This document shows, piece after piece, positions 8,827 through 10,258 of a stretch of 10,258 nucleotides of DNA (the first letter of the stretch is position 1; every line of letters starts with the position of its first letter). Under the pieces are notes generated by a model. The model had not been told where the DNA came from. It did no database searches and saw nothing but the letters and a program-made list of their open reading frames with translations. The position numbers and the translations under genes were made by a program. The stretch comes from Paraspadella gotoi. Its lineage: Eukaryota; Animalia; Chaetognatha. The stretch spans positions 1 to 10,258 of the forward strand of contig JBJCIZ010000965.1 of assembly GCA_051294375.1 (NCBI GenBank). Reading direction: 5' to 3'.

Positions 8827-10258
8827 GAAATCTCGTCAGCGAGAACTAGAAAATTAAAAGGTATCGTAGGAAAAAGCGATATTTACGAAAAGGAAAAGCG
8901 TTATAAACAGACTACCAAAACCTCCAACCTCCCAACCTTGCAGATTGAGACGCCTAATTCAGCAAAACGCCAAAAACGCAACTGGGCGGACCTTATAGAA
9001 GACGAACAAAGCCGCGAATTAACGAATAGGCCTCAAAATCCAGATGTGGGGACAATACTAAAGACCACAGACGGTCGTCGAGTCGCGAGCCCGGGAGCAA
9101 GACAAAGTCCAGGCGGACGCCGGAGTGCAGAGGAACCACGGCGTAGAGAAGGTCAGTACAAAAAGCTGGCCATCATAGTAAGCAACAGCATACCGGAGGA
9201 AATTTTTAAGAATAGGAAAAGTTTAACGGAAATTGTTGAGAAAAGCATACCTGCCGATGTAATTTTGGATGAAATCAAAACCACCCAGAAAAGGGAAATA
9301 GTCTTAACGGGCAGGAGTCCGAAAGATTGCAATAGCCTACTAAAGCTCGAATCATGGAAATCTAATGAGCATAATTTTGTCCCCAGACTGTCAGACGGGA
9401 ACTCAATTCAACAGAACGCCGTAATACGGGGCCTGGATCCGGACGTTGAAGAGGAGGACATCCTAAACCAACTCAGAACAGACAACTACTCACCTTCAGA
9501 GGTCAAGAGAATAAGAGTTGGTAAAGACCAAACACCAACCTGGAGTGTAAGAGTTTCACTACGATCATCCATGGAAAAAGCTCGATTAATAGGTGACGGT
9601 TTCAAATATCTTTTTAAAAGACACAAAGTAGAAGACTTTAAGAGACTGCAAATAACGCAATGCTTTAAATGTTTAAAAGTAGGCCACCTAAGCTTTAACT
9701 GTCAGGAGACAGAGGACAAGTGCTCCCGTTGCGGACAGAATCACAGAGTCAAGGACTGCACAGCTAAAGAGGAAGATATCTCCTGCGCAAACTGCAAAGG
9801 TCCACATCCTGCGACTTACAAGGGGTGCAGCTACATCCGCGAATTCATGAGCAAAACGAGAAGGGATCCGAATAGAAGCATGGAACCAGCAGACAACAAC
9901 TCTGAGAGTAACCGGCCGAACACAGCTTCAAATTCTTCGAAGACTTACGCCAACGCAACATCGGAAGCTCAAAGCGAAAACCAGTTAAGGCAAGACATAG
10001 TTATTGAAGCCATGTGGCTGGCGATAGAGATTTTGACGGGGTCAATGCTAGACTGTGGTTTACTGAGAGGAAACTACAGCAATGTGATTGCGAAACACGT
10101 TACAGAAAAAGTTAATAAAAGATTCGGTGTTAAATTAGACACAAATGAAACTAGAAATAAATTAAACAGAATAGGCATGAATGAATCAAATAGAAACAGA
10201 ACGATTCCCAGCTACTTTAACCTGGCCATAAATACTCCCTCAGGCAGGACTTCACGGA
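8827..10258 (+). CDS. Gag-like ORF1 (nucleic-acid-binding protein) of a non-LTR retrotransposon, Jockey/I/R1 type; 3'-partial, start codon unresolved
   Basis: Manual translation of frame +1 is open from just after TAA 8824-8826 to the window end (477 codons). It contains VIRGLDPDVEEEDILNQLRTDNYSPSEVKRIRVGKDQTPTWSVRVSL (from 9421, PRE_C2HC/RRM-like), then CFKCLKVGHLSFNC, CSRCGQNHRVKDC and CANCKGPHPATYKGC, followed by a S/N-rich linker with KTYANA. The first in-frame ATG is at 9571. Confidence 0.9.
9661..9828 (+). other. Triple CCHC zinc-knuckle array (CX2CX4HX4C, CX2CX3HX4C, CX2CX3HX6C)
   Basis: Knuckles at 9661-9702, 9721-9759 and 9784-9828. This spacing pattern is the established signature of ORF1 in Jockey/I/R1-group LINEs. 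Confidence 0.93.

Larger units (their letters stand above)
8526..10258 (+). mobile_element. 5' portion of a LINE (non-LTR retrotransposon); ORF2 (APE/RT) expected beyond the window
   Basis: ORF1 signature as above. Composition switches from CT-rich to A-rich sense strand. The 5' end is inferred from TCAGTC at 8526-8531 and is approximate. No RT or endonuclease is visible in the window. Confidence 0.75.

Noticed and set aside
8646-8827. Intron (GTAAGT…TTTTGTTAAG) that might splice an ATG onto ORF1
   Set aside because: The upstream frame that would be joined has a stop at 8591-8593 and no ATG after it.
8810-8857. Programmed -1 ribosomal frameshift into ORF1
   Set aside because: There is no canonical X XXY YYZ heptamer in the 8827-8857 overlap, and slippage at the upstream AAT TTT would meet TAA 8824-8826.
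9661-9828. LTR-retrotransposon/retroviral gag or host CCHC protein
   Set aside because: The three-knuckle spacing and upstream PRE_C2HC-like block fit LINE ORF1; no LTR or primer-binding site was seen.

Overview
AT-rich, eukaryotic-looking (probably invertebrate) genomic DNA. I saw no prokaryotic operon, RNA gene or CRISPR array. The one firmly identifiable feature is missing from the supplied ORF track because it has no stop in the window. It is a + strand reading frame from 8827 to the window end (>=477 codons) encoding a gag-like ORF1 of a non-LTR retrotransposon (Jockey/I/R1 type), with a PRE_C2HC-like segment and three CCHC zinc knuckles. This frame has no in-frame ATG for its first 248 codons, and a long CT-rich tract plus an Inr/DPE-like signal lie upstream. 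The rest of the window is AT-rich intron-like or intergenic DNA with GC-richer islands. Many islands are bounded by minus-strand AG/GT splice signals and form two phase-compatible exon chains of unknown product (7877->6200 and 1398->547); one junction appears to need a GC-AG intron. There is also a Helentron/DINE-like non-autonomous element (4802-5062), a hairpin-rich cluster (2974-3166) with a diverged inverted partner (~4207-4338), and several low-complexity tracts. Most ORFs in the supplied track are low-complexity artefacts.
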